Assembly: GCA_026770705.1 (NCBI GenBank)
Contig: JANJGN010000012.1
Coordinates: 29,822,001 to 29,886,000, forward strand
DNA: 64,000 bases
Source of the DNA: Isurus oxyrinchus
Lineage: Eukaryota
Direction of reading: 5' to 3'
Shown piece after piece: positions 15,101-30,100 of the stretch. Both the position numbers and the translations under genes were made by a program. The notes below the pieces were generated by a model. The model made no database searches. It was not told the DNA's origin and saw nothing but the letters and a program-made list of their open reading frames with translations. Each line of letters opens with the position of its first letter. The first letter of the stretch is position 1.

Positions 15101-18100
15101 AGAGCATAACCTATGTACATAAACATGTGAAAATGACATTGTTTTGATTAATTCTTTGCATCATGGCCATTTGTTACTTGCTTTGCATATCTGACGAAGA
15201 AGGCAACTTTTCAGGTTATAACATAATGATGTTGCTCCAGGGATTATGTATACCCCATTCAGTCTATCTTCAATTTCTATAATAACAGCAACAGAAATTT
15301 CAATTGCAAGTACACAGACATCCACTACATCAGAAGCCACCACATCAGCTCCTGCGTCAAGCAGTACGATAGCGATGACAACTGCCGGGAACTCTACAGA
15401 TGCATCGACCACTGCGGTAACATCCATCACAACATCACTCCCTTCAACAAGTGGTGAGTATATGAGTCCTGTCTTATCACTTTGACCATCACTAATCCTT
15501 CCAGCCCACTCCGAGGTATAACAGATTAAACTGGTGAGAGATCAACTGATTATACCAAGGTGCTGGCTACAATTGCCCCAAGTAGAGTTATGCGCAGATT
15601 AGATTTGCTCAGTACTGTTGTTTCAACATGGCAAGATATGTGACTAATTTTCATGAGCTGGGACTTCTCAGAAGTCGATTCTTTGGGCCTGAATTTTAGA
15701 ATGTTGTTCCATGCTTTTTGAGTGCTCCCTTAAGCCGATCACCTCTTTTAATAACAGCAGCAACAGAAACTTCAACTGCAAATGCACAGACATCCACAGC
15801 AGCAGAAACCTCAACATCAGCTTCTGTTTCATCAAGTGCAACAGCACAAACTACAGTGAGCTCCACTAAAACATCAATAACTGAAACAACAACAGCAACT
15901 ACTCTAGTCCCATCAAATGTCGTGACTATACGAAAGAACACTTTGCAGATATTACATTCTCAGTCCAGGCAAAATGCAGGAAGGTAGAAACACATAAAGA
16001 AATGTGAGAAATGATTCTACTAGTGTGTTGTTGGTTAGCATGATGCATTGAACTATCATGCGCTCATGACTTTTGGTGAAATACCCTCAGTGAAAAATCA
16101 GGCTACGTTAGGTTCCTCAGGATCTTCCATTATCGGTTTTACCAAATCATAGAGCATAACCTTTGTACAGAAGCTTTGATGTACTCTCCACGCTCACTGC
16201 TTACCTCAATAAAACATTGCCTGTTTAAATGTTGGCAGCAGAAATATCGTATTCAAGTACACAGACATCCACGGCAGCACTGACCTCTACGTCTGCTCCT
16301 CCCTCAACAAGTGGAACAGCATCAACATCCACCGAAAGATCTACTAAAGGGTCAATAACTGAAGAATCGACAATCACTACATCACTCCCAACAACAAGAG
16401 GTAAGAAAACAAAAGCAGTCTTTGCAACCATACCATTATGAATTCATTCAAACAGCTGGATGATAGAATTACTTACACAAAAGCTATTGAAACATTACAG
16501 GAGTATGTTGTTGTTACACTTTCCCACAGTTAACGTTATGTCAAACTCACTTGGTACTCTAACGCTGCCACAATTCCCGGCCACATTATCTTTATTAGTG
16601 TCTATGAGTAAATGCGAGTTCCAACAAAAAGTGGGGCACAACTGTTGTTCAAAAACTATCATATATTGTTTCAACTTTGTCATTCCCCTCAATAATAATA
16701 TATCCCTTCCTCAATCACAGTGGCAGAAGTATCAACAAATACACCGACGTCCACATTAGCACCGACTTCTACACCAGCTTCTGCCACAACAAGTACAATA
16801 GCACGAACATCTACAGCAAGCTCGACAGAAGCATCGACATCTGAGGCAACGACAGTTACAACCTCACTCCCTTCATCAAGTGGTGAGTAGCTGAGTGCTC
16901 TCTAATCAGTTCTAACATTCAGATTTCGTTCACATACTGAATGTTGAGAAACAGACAATAGACTTGGAAGAATAGAATATAGCATGAAGTCGGCTATGAA
17001 TGTGCAGAGGACAATCATGTGATAATGACATTGTTTTGATTAATTCTTTGCATCATGGCCATTTGTTACTTGCTTTGAATATCTGACGAAGAAGGCAACT
17101 TTTCAGCTATAATATAAAGATGTTGTTCCGGGCATTATGTATAACCCATTCAGTCTATCTTCAATTTCCATAATAGCAGCAACAGAAATTTCAATTGCAA
17201 GTACACAGACATCCACTACATCAGAAGCCACCACATCAGCTCCTGCGTCAAACAGTACGATAGCGATGACAACTGCTGGGAACTCTACAGATGCATCGAC
17301 CACTGCGGTAACATCAATCACAACATCACTCCCTTCAACAAGTGGTTAGTATATGAGTCCTGTCTTATCACTTTGACCATCACTAATCCTTCCAGCCCAC
17401 TCCGAGGTATAACAGATTAAACTGGTGAGAGATCAACTGATTATTCCAAGGTGCTGGCTACAATTGCCCCAAGTAGAATAATGCGCAGATGAGATTTGCT
17501 CAGTAATGTTGTTTCAACATGGCAAGATATGTGACTAATTTTCATGAGCTGGGCCTGCTCAGAAGTCGATTCTTTGGGCCTAAATTTTAGAATGTTGTTC
17601 CATGCTTTTTGAGTGCTCCCTTAAGCCTATCACCTCTTTTAATAACAGCAGCAACAGAAACTTCAACTGCAAATGCACAGACATCCACAGCAGCAGAAAC
17701 CTCAACATCAGCTTCTGTTTCATCAAGTGCAACAGCACAAACTACAGTGAGCTCCACTAAAGCATCAATAATTGAAACAACAACAGCAACTACTCTTGTC
17801 CCATCAAAAAGTGGTGAGTATACGAAAGTACACTTTGCAGATATTACATTCTCAGTCAAGGCAAAATGCAGAAAGGTAGAAACACATAAAGAAATGTGAG
17901 AAATGATTCTACTAGTGTGTTGTTGACTAGCATGATGCATTGGACTATCATGCGCTCATGACTTTTGGTGAAATACCCTCAGTTAAAAACGAGGCTACGT
18001 TAGGTTACTCAGGTTCTTCCATTATTTATCGATATAACCAAATCATAGAGCATAACCTTTGTACAGAAGCTTTGATATACTCTCCATGCTCACTGCTTAC

Positions 18101-21100
18101 CTCAATAAAACATTGCCTGTTTGAATGTTGGCTGCAGAAATATCGTATTCAAGTACACAGACATCCACGGCAGCACTATCCTCTACGTCTGCTCCTCCCT
18201 CAACAAGTGGAACAGCATCAACATCCACCGCAGGCTCTACTGAAGGGTCAACAACTGAAGAATCGACAATCACTACGTCACTCCCAACAACAAGAGGTAA
18301 GAAAACAACAGCACTCTTTACAACCATTCCATTATGAATTCATTCAAACAGCTGGATGATAGAATTACTTACACAAAAGCTATTGAAACATTACAGGAGT
18401 ATGTTGTTGTTACACTTTCCCACAGTTAACGTTATGCCAAACTCTCTTGGTACTCTAACGCCGCCACAATTCTTGGCCACATTATCTTTCTTAGTGTATT
18501 TCCGTAAATGCGAGTTCCAACAAAAAGTGGGGCACATATGTTGTTCAAAACTTTCATATATTGTTCCAACTTTTACATTTCCCTCAATAAAAATATATCC
18601 CTTCCTCAATCACAGTGGCAGAAGCATCAACAACAAATACTCAGACGTCAATAGTAGCACCTACCTCTACATCAGCTCCTGCCACAACAAGTACAATAGC
18701 ACCAACGTTTACAGCAAGCTCGACAGAAGCATCGACATCTGAGGCAACGACAGTTACAACCTCACTCCCTTCATCAAGTGGTGAGTAGCTGAGTGCTCTC
18801 TGCTCAGTTCTTAAATTCAGATTTCGTTCACATACTGAATGTTGAGAAACAGACAATAGACTTGGAAGAATAGAATATAGCATCAAGTCGGCTATGAATG
18901 TGCAGAGGACAATCATGTGAAAATGACATTGCTTTGATTAATTCTTTGCATCATGGCCATTTGTTACTTGCTTTGCATATCTGACGAAGAAGGCAATTTT
19001 TCAGCTATAATATAATGACGTTGTTCCAGGCATTATGTATACCCCACTCAGTCTATCTTCAATTTCTATAATAGCAGCAACAGAAATTTCAATTGCAAGT
19101 ACACAGACATCCATTACATCAGAAGCCACCACATCAGCTCCTGCGTCAAACAGTACGATAGCGATGACAACTGCTGGGAACTCTACAGATGCATCGACCA
19201 CTGCAGTAACATCAATCACAACATCACTCCATTCAACAAGTGGTGAGTACATGAGCCCTCTCTTATCACTTTGACCATCACTAATCCTTCCAGCCCACTC
19301 CGAGGTATAACAGATTAAACTGGTGAGAGATCAACTGATTATACCAAGGTGCTGGCTACAATTGCCCCATGTAGAGTTATGCGCAGATTAGATTTCCTCA
19401 GTACTGTTGTTTCAACATGGCAAGATTTGTGACTAATTTTCATGAGCTGCGACTTCTCAGAAGTCGATTCTTTGGGCCTGAATTTTAGAATGTTGTTCCA
19501 TGCTTTTTGAGTGCTCCCTTAAGCCGATCACCTCTTTTAATAACAGCAGCAACAGAAACTTCAACTGCAAATGCACAGACATCCACAGCAGCAGAAACCT
19601 CAACATCAGCTTCTGTTTCATCAAGTGCAACAGCACAAACTACAGTGAGCTCCACTAAAACATCAATAACTGAAACAACAACAGCAACTACTCTAGTCCC
19701 ATCAAAAGTCGTGACTATACGAAAGAACACTTTGCAGATATTACATTCTCAGTCCAGGCAAAATGTAGGAAGGTAGAAACACATAAAGAAATGTGAGAAA
19801 TGATTCTACTAGTGTGTTGTTGGTTAGCATGATGCATTGAACTATCATGCGCTCATGACTTTTGGTGAAATACCCTCAGTGAAAAATCAGGCTACGTTAG
19901 GTTCCTCAGGATCTTCCATTATCGGTTTTACCAAATCATAGAGCATAACCTTTGTACAGAAGCTTTGATGTACTCTCCACGCTCACTGCTTACCTCAATA
20001 AAACATTGCCTGTTTGAATGTTGGCAGCAGAAATATCGTATTCAAGTACACAGACATCCACGGCAGCACTGACCTCTACGTCTGCTCCTCCCTCAACAAG
20101 TGGAACAGCATCAACATCCACCGAAGGCTCTACTGAAGGGTCAACAACTGAAGAATCGACAATCACTACGTCACTCCCAACAACAAGAGGTAAGAAAACA
20201 AAAGCAGTCTTTGCAACCATACCATTATGAATTCATTCAAACAGCTGGATGATAGAATTACTTACACAAAAGCTATTGAAACATTACAGGAGTATGTTGT
20301 TGATACACTTTCCCACAGTTAACGTTATGTCAAACTCACTTGGTACTCTAACGCTGCCACAATTCCCGGCCACATTATCTTTATTAGTGTCTATGAGTAA
20401 ATGCGAGTTCCAACAAAAAGTGGGGCACAACTGTTGTTCAAAAACTATCATATATTGTTCCAACTTTGTCATTCCCCTCAATAATAATATATCCCTTCCT
20501 CAATCACAGTGGCAGAAGTATCAACAAATACACCGACGTCCACATTAGCACCGACCTCTACACCAGCTTCTGCCACAACAAGTACAATAGCACCAACATC
20601 TACAGCAAGCTCGACAGAAGCATCGACATCTGAGGCAACGACAGTTACAACCTCACTCCCTTCATCAAGTGGTGAGTAGCTGAGTGCTCTCTAATCAGTT
20701 CTAACATTCAGATTTCGTTCACATACTGAATGTTGAGAAACAGACAATAGACTTGGAAGAATAGAATATAGCATGAAGTCGGCTATGAATGTGCAGAGGA
20801 CAATCATGTGATAATGACATTGTTTTGATTAATTCTTTGCATCATGGCCATTTGTTACTTGCTTTGAATATCTGACGAAGAAGGCAACTTTTCAGCTATA
20901 ATATAAAGATGTTGTTCCGGGCATTATGTATAACCCATTCAGTCTATCTTCAATTTCCATAATAGCAGCAACAGAAATTTCAATTGCAAGTACACAGACA
21001 TCCACTACATCAGAAGCCACCACATCAGCTCCTGCGTCAAACAGTACGATAGCGATGACAACTGCTGGGAACTCTACAGATGCATCGACCACTGCGGTAA

Positions 21101-24100
21101 CATCAATCACAACATCACTCCCTTCAACAAGTGGTTAGTATATGAGTCCTGTCTTATCACTTTGACCATCACTAATCCTTCCAGCCCACTCCGAGGTATA
21201 ACAGATTAAACTGGTGAGAGATCAACTGATTATTCCAAGGTGCTGGCTACAATTGCCCCAAGTAGAATAATGCGCAGATGAGATTTGCTCAGTAATGTTG
21301 TTTCAACATGGCAAGATATGTGACTAATTTTCATGAGCTGGGCCTGCTCAGAAGTCGATTCTTTGGGCCTAAATTTTAGAATGTTGTTCCATGCTTTTTG
21401 AGTGCTCCCTTAAGCCTATCACCTCTTTTAATAACAGCAGCAACAGAAACTTCAACTGCAAATGCACAGACATCCACAGCAGCAGAAACCTCAACATCAG
21501 CTTCTGTTTCATCAAGTGCAACAGCACAAACTACAGTGAGCTCCACTAAAGCATCAATAATTGAAACAACAACAGCAACTACTCTTGTCCCATCAAAAAG
21601 TGGTGAGTATACGAAAGTACACTTTGCAGATATTACATTCTCAGTCAAGGCAAAATGCAGAAAGGTAGAAACACATAAAGAAATGTGAGAAATGATTCTA
21701 CTAGTGTGTTGTTGACTAGCATGATGCATTGGACTATCATGCGCTCATGACTTTTGGTGAAATACCCTCAGTTAAAAACGAGGCTACGTTAGGTTACTCA
21801 GGTTCTTCCATTATTTATCGATATAACCAAATCATAGAGCATAACCTTTGTACAGAAGCTTTGATATACTCTCCATGCTCACTGCTTACCTCAATAAAAC
21901 ATTGCCTGTTTGAATGTTGGCTGCAGAAATATCGTATTCAAGTACACAGACATCCACGGCAGCACTATCCTCTACGTCTGCTCCTCCCTCAACAAGTGGA
22001 ACAGCATCAACATCCACCGCAGGCTCTACTGAAGGGTCAACAACTGAAGAATCGACAATCACTACGTCACTCCCAACAACAAGAGGTAAGAAAACAACAG
22101 CACTCTTTACAACCATTCCATTATGAATTCATTCAAACAGCTGGATGATAGAATTACTTACACAAAAGCTATTGAAACATTACAGGAGTATGTTGTTGTT
22201 ACACTTTCCCACAGTTAACGTTATGCCAAACTCTCTTGGTACTCTAACGCCGCCACAATTCTTGGCCACATTATCTTTCTTAGTGTATTTCCGTAAATGC
22301 GAGTTCCAACAAAAAGTGGGGCACATATGTTGTTCAAAACTTTCATATATTGTTCCAACTTTTACATTTCCCTCAATAAAAATATATCCCTTCCTCAATC
22401 ACAGTGGCAGAAGCATCAACAACAAATACTCAGACGTCAATAGTAGCACCTACCTCTACATCAGCTCCTGCCACAACAAGTACAATAGCACCAACGTTTA
22501 CAGCAAGCTCGACAGAAGCATCGACATCTGAGGCAACGACAGTTACAACCTCACTCCCTTCATCAAGTGGTGAGTAGCTGAGTGCTCTCTGCTCAGTTCT
22601 TAAATTCAGATTTCGTTCACATACTGAATGTTGAGAAACAGACAATAGACTTGGAAGAATAGAATATAGCATCAAGTCGGCTATGAATGTGCAGAGGACA
22701 ATCATGTGAAAATGACATTGCTTTGATTAATTCTTTGCATCATGGCCATTTGTTACTTGCTTTGCATATCTGACGAAGAAGGCAATTTTTCAGCTATAAT
22801 ATAATGACGTTGTTCCAGGCATTATGTATACCCCACTCAGTCTATCTTCAATTTCTATAATAGCAGCAACAGAAATTTCAATTGCAAGTACACAGACATC
22901 CATTACATCAGAAGCCACCACATCAGCTCCTGCGTCAAACAGTACGATAGCGATGACAACTGCTGGGAACTCTACAGATGCATCGACCACTGCAGTAACA
23001 TCAATCACAACATCACTCCATTCAACAAGTGGTGAGTACATGAGCCCTCTCTTATCACTTTGACCATCACTAATCCTTCCAGCCCACTCCGAGGTATAAC
23101 AGATTAAACTGGTGAGAGATCAACTGATTATACCAAGGTGCTGGCTACAATTGCCCCATGTAGAGTTATGCGCAGATTAGATTTGCTCAGTACTGTTGTT
23201 TCAACATGGCAAGATTTGTGACTAATTTTCATGAGCTGGGACTTCTCAGAAGTCGATTCTTTGGGCCTGAATTTTAGAATGTTGTTCCATGCTTTTTGAG
23301 TGCTCCCTTAAGCCGATCACCTCTTTTAATAACAGCAGCAACAGAAACTTCAACTGCAAATGCACAGACATCCACAGCAGCAGAAACCTCAACATCAGCT
23401 TCTGTTTCATCAAGTGCAACAGCACAAACTACAGTGAGCTCCACTAAAACATCAATAACTGAAACAACAACAGCAACTACTCTAGTCCCATCAAAAGTCG
23501 TGACTATACGAAAGAACACTTTGCAGATATTACATTCTCAGTCCAGGCAAAATGTAGGAAGGTAGAAACACATAAAGAAATGTGAGAAATGATTCTATTA
23601 GTGTGTTGTTGGTTAGCATGATGCATTGAACTATCATGCGCTCATGACTTTTGGTGAAATACCCTCAGTGAAAAATCAGGCTACGTTAGGTTCCTCAGGA
23701 TCTTCCATTATCGGTTTTACCAAATCATAGAGCATAACCTTTGTACAGAAGCTTTGATGTACTCTCCACGCTCACTGCTTACCTCAATAAAACATTGCCT
23801 GTTTGAATGTTGGCAGCAGAAATATCGTATTCAAGTACACAGACATCCACGGCAGCACTGACCTCTACGTCTGCTCCTCCCTCAACAAGTGGAACAGCAT
23901 CAACATCCACCGAAGGCTCTACTGAAGGGTCAACAACTGAAGAATCGACAATCACTACGTCACTCCCAACAACAAGAGGTAAGAAAACAAAAGCAGTCTT
24001 TGCAACCATACCATTATGAATTCATTCAAACAGCTGGATGATAGAATTACTTACACAAAAGCTATTGAAACATTACAGGAGTATGTTGTTGATACACTTT

Positions 24101-27100
24101 CCCACAGTTAACGTTATGTCAAACTCACTTGGTACTCTAACGCTGCCACAATTCCCGGCCACATTATCTTTATTAGTGTGTATGAGTAAATGCGAGTTCC
24201 AACAAAAAGTGGGGCACAACTGTTGTTCAAAAACTATCATATATTGTTCCAACTTTGTCATTCCCCTCAATAATAATATATCCCTTCCTCAATCACAGTG
24301 GCAGAAGTATCAACAAATACACCGACGTCCACATTAGCACCGACCTCTACACCAGCTTCTGCCACAACAAGTACAATAGCACCAACATCTACAGCAAGCT
24401 CGACAGAAGCATCGACATCTGAGGCAACGACAGTTACAACCTCACTCCCTTCATCAAGTGGTGAGTAGCTGAGTGCTCTCTAATCAGTTCTAACATTCAG
24501 ATTTCGTTCACATACTGAATGTTGAGAAACAGACAATAGACTTGGAAGAATAGAATATAGCATGAAGTCGGCTATGAATGTGCAGAGGACAATCATGTGA
24601 TAATGACATTGTTTTGATTAATTCTTTGCATCATGGCCATTTGTTACTTGCTTTGAATATCTGACGAAGAAGGCAACTTTTCAGCTATAATATAAAGATG
24701 TTGTTCCGGGCATTATGTATAACCCATTCAGTCTATCTTCAATTTCCATAATAGCAGCAACAGAAATTTCAATTGCAAGTACACAGACATCCACTACATC
24801 AGAAGCCACCACATCAGCTCCTGCGTCAAACAGTACGATAGCGATGACAACTGCTGGGAACTCTACAGATGCATCGACCACTGCGGTAACATCAATCACA
24901 ACATCACTCCCTTCAACAAGTGGTTAGTATATGAGTCCTGTCTTATCACTTTGACCATCACTAATCCTTCCAGCCCACTCCGAGGTATAACAGATTAAAC
25001 TGGTGAGAGATCAACTGATTATTCCAAGGTGCTGGCTACAATTGCCCCAAGTAGAATAATGCGCAGATGAGATTTGCTCAGTAATGTTGTTTCAACATGG
25101 CAAGATATGTGACTAATTTTCATGAGCTGGGCCTGCTCAGAAGTCGATTCTTTGGGCCTAAATTTTAGAATGTTGTTCCATGCTTTTTGAGTGCTCCCTT
25201 AAGCCTATCACCTCTTTTAATAACAGCAGCAACAGAAACTTCAACTGCAAATGCACAGACATCCACAGCAGCAGAAACCTCAACATCAGCTTCTGTTTCA
25301 TCAAGTGCAACAGCACAAACTACAGTGAGCTCCACTAAAGCATCAATAATTGAAACAACAACAGCAACTACTCTTGTCCCATCAAAAAGTGGTGAGTATA
25401 CGAAAGTACACTTTGCAGATATTACATTCTCAGTCAAGGCAAAATGCAGAAAGGTAGAAACACATAAAGAAATGTGAGAAATGATTCTACTAGTGTGTTG
25501 TTGACTAGCATGATGCATTGGACTATCATGCGCTCATGACTTTTGGTGAAATACCCTCAGTTAAAAACGAGGCTACGTTAGGTTACTCAGGTTCTTCCAT
25601 TATTTATCGATATAACCAAATCATAGAGCATAACCTTTGTACAGAAGCTTTGATATACTCTCCATGCTCACTGCTTACCTCAATAAAACATTGCCTGTTT
25701 GAATGTTGGCTGCAGAAATATCGTATTCAAGTACACAGACATCCACGGCAGCACTATCCTCTACGTCTGCTCCTCCCTCAACAAGTGGAACAGCATCAAC
25801 ATCCACCGCAGGCTCTACTGAAGGGTCAACAACTGAAGAATCGACAATCACTACGTCACTCCCAACAACAAGAGGTAAGAAAACAACAGCACTCTTTACA
25901 ACCATTCCATTATGAATTCATTCAAACAGCTGGATGATAGAATTACTTACACAAAAGCTATTGAAACATTACAGGAGTATGTTGTTGTTACACTTTCCCA
26001 CAGTTAACGTTATGCCAAACTCTCTTGGTACTCTAACGCTGCCACAATTCTTGGCCACATTATCTTTCTTAGTGTATTTCCGTAAATGCGAGTTCCAACA
26101 AAAAGTGGGGCACATATGTTGTTCAAAACTTTCATATATTGTTCCAACTTTTACATTTCCCTCAATAAAAATATATCCCTTCCTCAATCACAGTGGCAGA
26201 AGCATCAACAACAAATACTCAGACGTCAACAGTAGCACCTACCTCTACATCAGCTCCTGCCACAACAAGTACAATAGCACCAACGTTTACAGCAAGCTCG
26301 ACAGAAGCATCGACATCTGAGGCAACGACAGTTACAACCTCACTCCCTTCATCAAGTGGTGAGTAGCTGAGTGCTCTCTGCTCAGTTCTTAAATTCAGAT
26401 TTCGTTCACATACTGAATGTTGAGAAACAGACAATAGACTTGGAAGAATAGAATATAGCATCAAGTCGGCTATGAATGTGCAGAGGACAATCATGTGAAA
26501 ATGACATTGCTTTGATTAATTCTTTGCATCATGGCCATTTGTTACTTGCTTTGCATATCTGACGAAGAAGGCAATTTTTCAGCTATAATATAATGACGTT
26601 GTTCTAGGCATTATGTATACCCCACTCAGTCTATCTTCAATTTCTATAATAGCAGCAACAGAAATTTCAATTGCAAGTACACAGACATCCATTACATCAG
26701 AAGCCACCACATCAGCTCCTGCGTCAAAAAGTACGATAGCGATGACAACTGCTGGGAACTCTACAGATGCATCGACCACTGCAGTAACATCAATCACAAC
26801 ATCACTCCATTCAACAAGTGGTGAGTACATGAGTCCTGTCTTATCACTTTGACCATCACTAATCCTTCCAGCCCACTCCGAGGTATAACAGATTAAACTG
26901 GTGAGAGATCAACTGATTATACCAAGGTGCTGGCTACAATTGCCCCATGTAGAGTTATGCGCAGATTAGATTTGCTCAGTACTGTTGTTTCAACATGGCA
27001 AGATTTGTGACTAATTTTCATGAGCTGGGACTTCTCAGAAGTCGATTCTTTGGGCCTGAATTTTAGAATGTTGTTCCATGCTTTTTGAGTGCTCCCTTAA

Positions 27101-30100
27101 GCCGATCACCTCTTTTAATAACAGCAGCAACAGAAACTTCAACTGCAAATGCACAGACATCCACAGCAGCAGAAACCTCAACATCAGCTTCTGTTTCATC
27201 AAGTGCAACAGCACAAACTACAGTGAGCTCCACTAAAACATCAATAACTGAAACAACAACAGCAACTACTCTAGTCCCATCAAAAGTCGTGACTATACGA
27301 AAGAACACTTTGCAGATATTACATTCTCAGTCCAGGCAAAATGCAGGAAGGTAGAAACACATAAAGAAATGTGAGAAATGATTCTACTAGTGTGTTGTTG
27401 GTTAGCATGATGCATTGAACTATCATGCGCTCATGACTTTTGGTGAAATACCCTCAGTGAAAAATCAGGCTACGTTAGGTTCCTCAGGATCTTCCATTAT
27501 CGGTTTTACCAAATCATAGAGCATAACCTTTGTACAGAAGCTTTGATGTACTCTCCACGCTCACTGCTTACCTCAATAAAACATTGCCTGTTTGAATGTT
27601 GGCAGCAGAAATATCGTATTCAAGTACACAGACATCCACGGCAGCACTGACCTCTACGTCTGCTCCTCCCTCAACAAGTGGAACAGCATCAACATCCACC
27701 GAAGGCTCTACTGAAGGGTCAACAACTGAAGAATCGACAATCACTACGTCACTCCCAACAACAAGAGGTAAGAAAACAAAAGCAGTCTTTGCAACCATAC
27801 CATTATGAATTCATTCAAACAGCTGGATGATAGAATTACTTACACAAAAGCTATTGAAACATTACAGGAGTATGTTGTTGTTACACTTTCCCACAGTTAA
27901 CGTTATGTCAAACTCACTTGGTACACTAACGCTGCCACAATTCCCGGCCACATTATCTTTATTAGTGTCTATGAGTAAATGCGAGTTCCAACAAAAAGTG
28001 GGGCACAACTGTTGTTCAAAAACTATCATATATTGTTTCAACTTTGTCATTCCCCTCAATAATAATATATCCCTTCCTCAATCACAGTGGCAGAAGTATC
28101 AACAAATACACCGACGTCCACATTAGCACCGACTTCTACACCAGCTTCTGCCACAACAAGTACAATAGCACGAACATCTACAGCAAGCTCGACAGAAGCA
28201 TCAACATCTGAGGCAACGACAGGTACAACCTCACTCCCTTCATCAAGTGGTGAGTAGCTGAGTGCTCTCTGCTCAGTTCTAACATTCAGATTTCGTTCAC
28301 ATACTGAATGTTGAGAAACAGACAATAGACTTGGAAGAATAGAATATAGCATGAAGTCGGCTATGAATGTGCACAGGACAATCATGTGAAAATGACATTG
28401 TTTTGATTAATTCTTTGCATCATGGCTATTTGTTACTTGCTTTGCATATCTGACGAAGAAGGCAACTTTTCAGCTATAACATAATGATGTTGTTCCAGGC
28501 ATTATATATAACCCATTCAGTCTATCTTCAATTTCCATAATAGCAGCAACAGAAATTTCAATTGCAAGTACACAGACATCCACTACATCAGAAGCCACCA
28601 CATCAGCTCCTGCGTCAAGCAGTACGATAGCGATGACAACTGCCGGGAACACTACAAATGCATCGACCACTGCAGTAACATCAATCACAACATCACTCCC
28701 TTCAACAAGTGGTGAGTACATGAGTCCTGTCTTATCACTTTGACCATCACTAATCCTTCCAGCCCACTCCGAGGTATAACAGACTAAACTGGTGAGAGAT
28801 CAACTGATTATACCAAGGTGCTGGCTACAATTGCCCCAAGTAGAATAACGCGCAGATGAGATTTGCTCAGTAATGTTTCAACATGGCAAGATATGTGACT
28901 AATTTTCATGAGCTGGGCCTTCTCAGAAGTCGATTCTTTGGGCCTGAATTTTAGAATGTTGTTCCATGCTTTTTGAGTGCTCCCCTGAGCCTATCACCTC
29001 TTTTAATAACAGCAGCAACAGAAACTTCAACTGCAAATGCTCAGACATCCACAGCAGCAGAAACCTCAACATCAACTTCTGTTTCATCAAGTGCAACAGC
29101 ACAAACTCCAGTGAGGTCCACTAAAACATCAATAACTGAAACAACAACAGCAACTACTCTAGTCCCATCAAAAAGTGGTGAGTATACAAAAGTACACTTT
29201 GCAGATATTACATTCTCAGTCCAGGCAAAATGCAGGAAGGTAGAAACACATAAAGAAATATGAGAAATGATTCTACTCGTGTGCTGTTGGCTAGCCTGAT
29301 GCATTGGACTATCATGCGCTCATGACTTTTGGTGAAATACCCTCAGTTAAAAACGAGGCTATGTTAGGTTACTCAGGATCTTCCATTATATATCAGTTTT
29401 ACCAAATCATAGAGCATAACCTATGTACATAAACATGTGAAAATGACATTGTTTTGATAAATTCTTTGCATCATGGCCATTTGTTACTTGCTTTGCATAT
29501 CTGACGAAGAAGGCAACTTTTCAGGTTATAACATAATGATGTTGCTCCAGGGATTATGTATACCCCATTCAGTCTATCTTCAATTTCTATAATAACAGCA
29601 ACAGAAATTTCAATTGCAAGTACACAGACATCCACTACATCAGAAGCCACCACATCAGCTCCTGCGTCAAGCAGTACGATAGCGATGACAACTGCCGGGA
29701 ACTCTACAGATGCATCGACCACTGCGGTAACATCCATCACAACATCACTCCCTTCAACAAGTGGTGAGTATATGAGTCCTGTCTTATCACTTTGACCATC
29801 ACTAATCCTTCCAGCCCACTCCGAGGTATAACAGATTAAACTGGTGAGAGATCAACTGATTATACCAAGGTGCTGGCTACAATTGCCCCAAGTAGAGTTA
29901 TGCGCAGATTAGATTTGCTCAGTACTGTTGTTTCAACATGGCAAGATATGTGACTAATTTTCATGAGCTGGGACTTCTCAGAAGTCGATTCTTTGGGCCT
30001 GAATTTTAGAATGTTGTTCCATGCTTTTTGAGTGCTCCCTTAAGCCTATCACCTCTTTTAATAACAGCAGCAACAGAAACTTCAACTGCAAATGCACAGA

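Larger units (their letters stand above)
1..17000. repeat. 2,943-bp higher-order tandem repeat (A'-B'-C-D-A-B), about 5.8 near-identical periods
   Basis: ORFs recur at exact 2,943-bp offsets (531, 3474, 6417, 9360, 12303, 15246). The unit is a 1,891-bp ABCD plus a 1,052-bp AB. Confidence 0.97.
15700..28000. repeat. 3,789-bp higher-order tandem repeat (B'-C-D-A*-B-C2-D2-A), about 3 periods
   Basis: ORFs recur at 3,789-bp offsets (17137, 20926, 24715; 15718, 19507, 23296, 27085). The unit is two diverged tetramers. Confidence 0.95.
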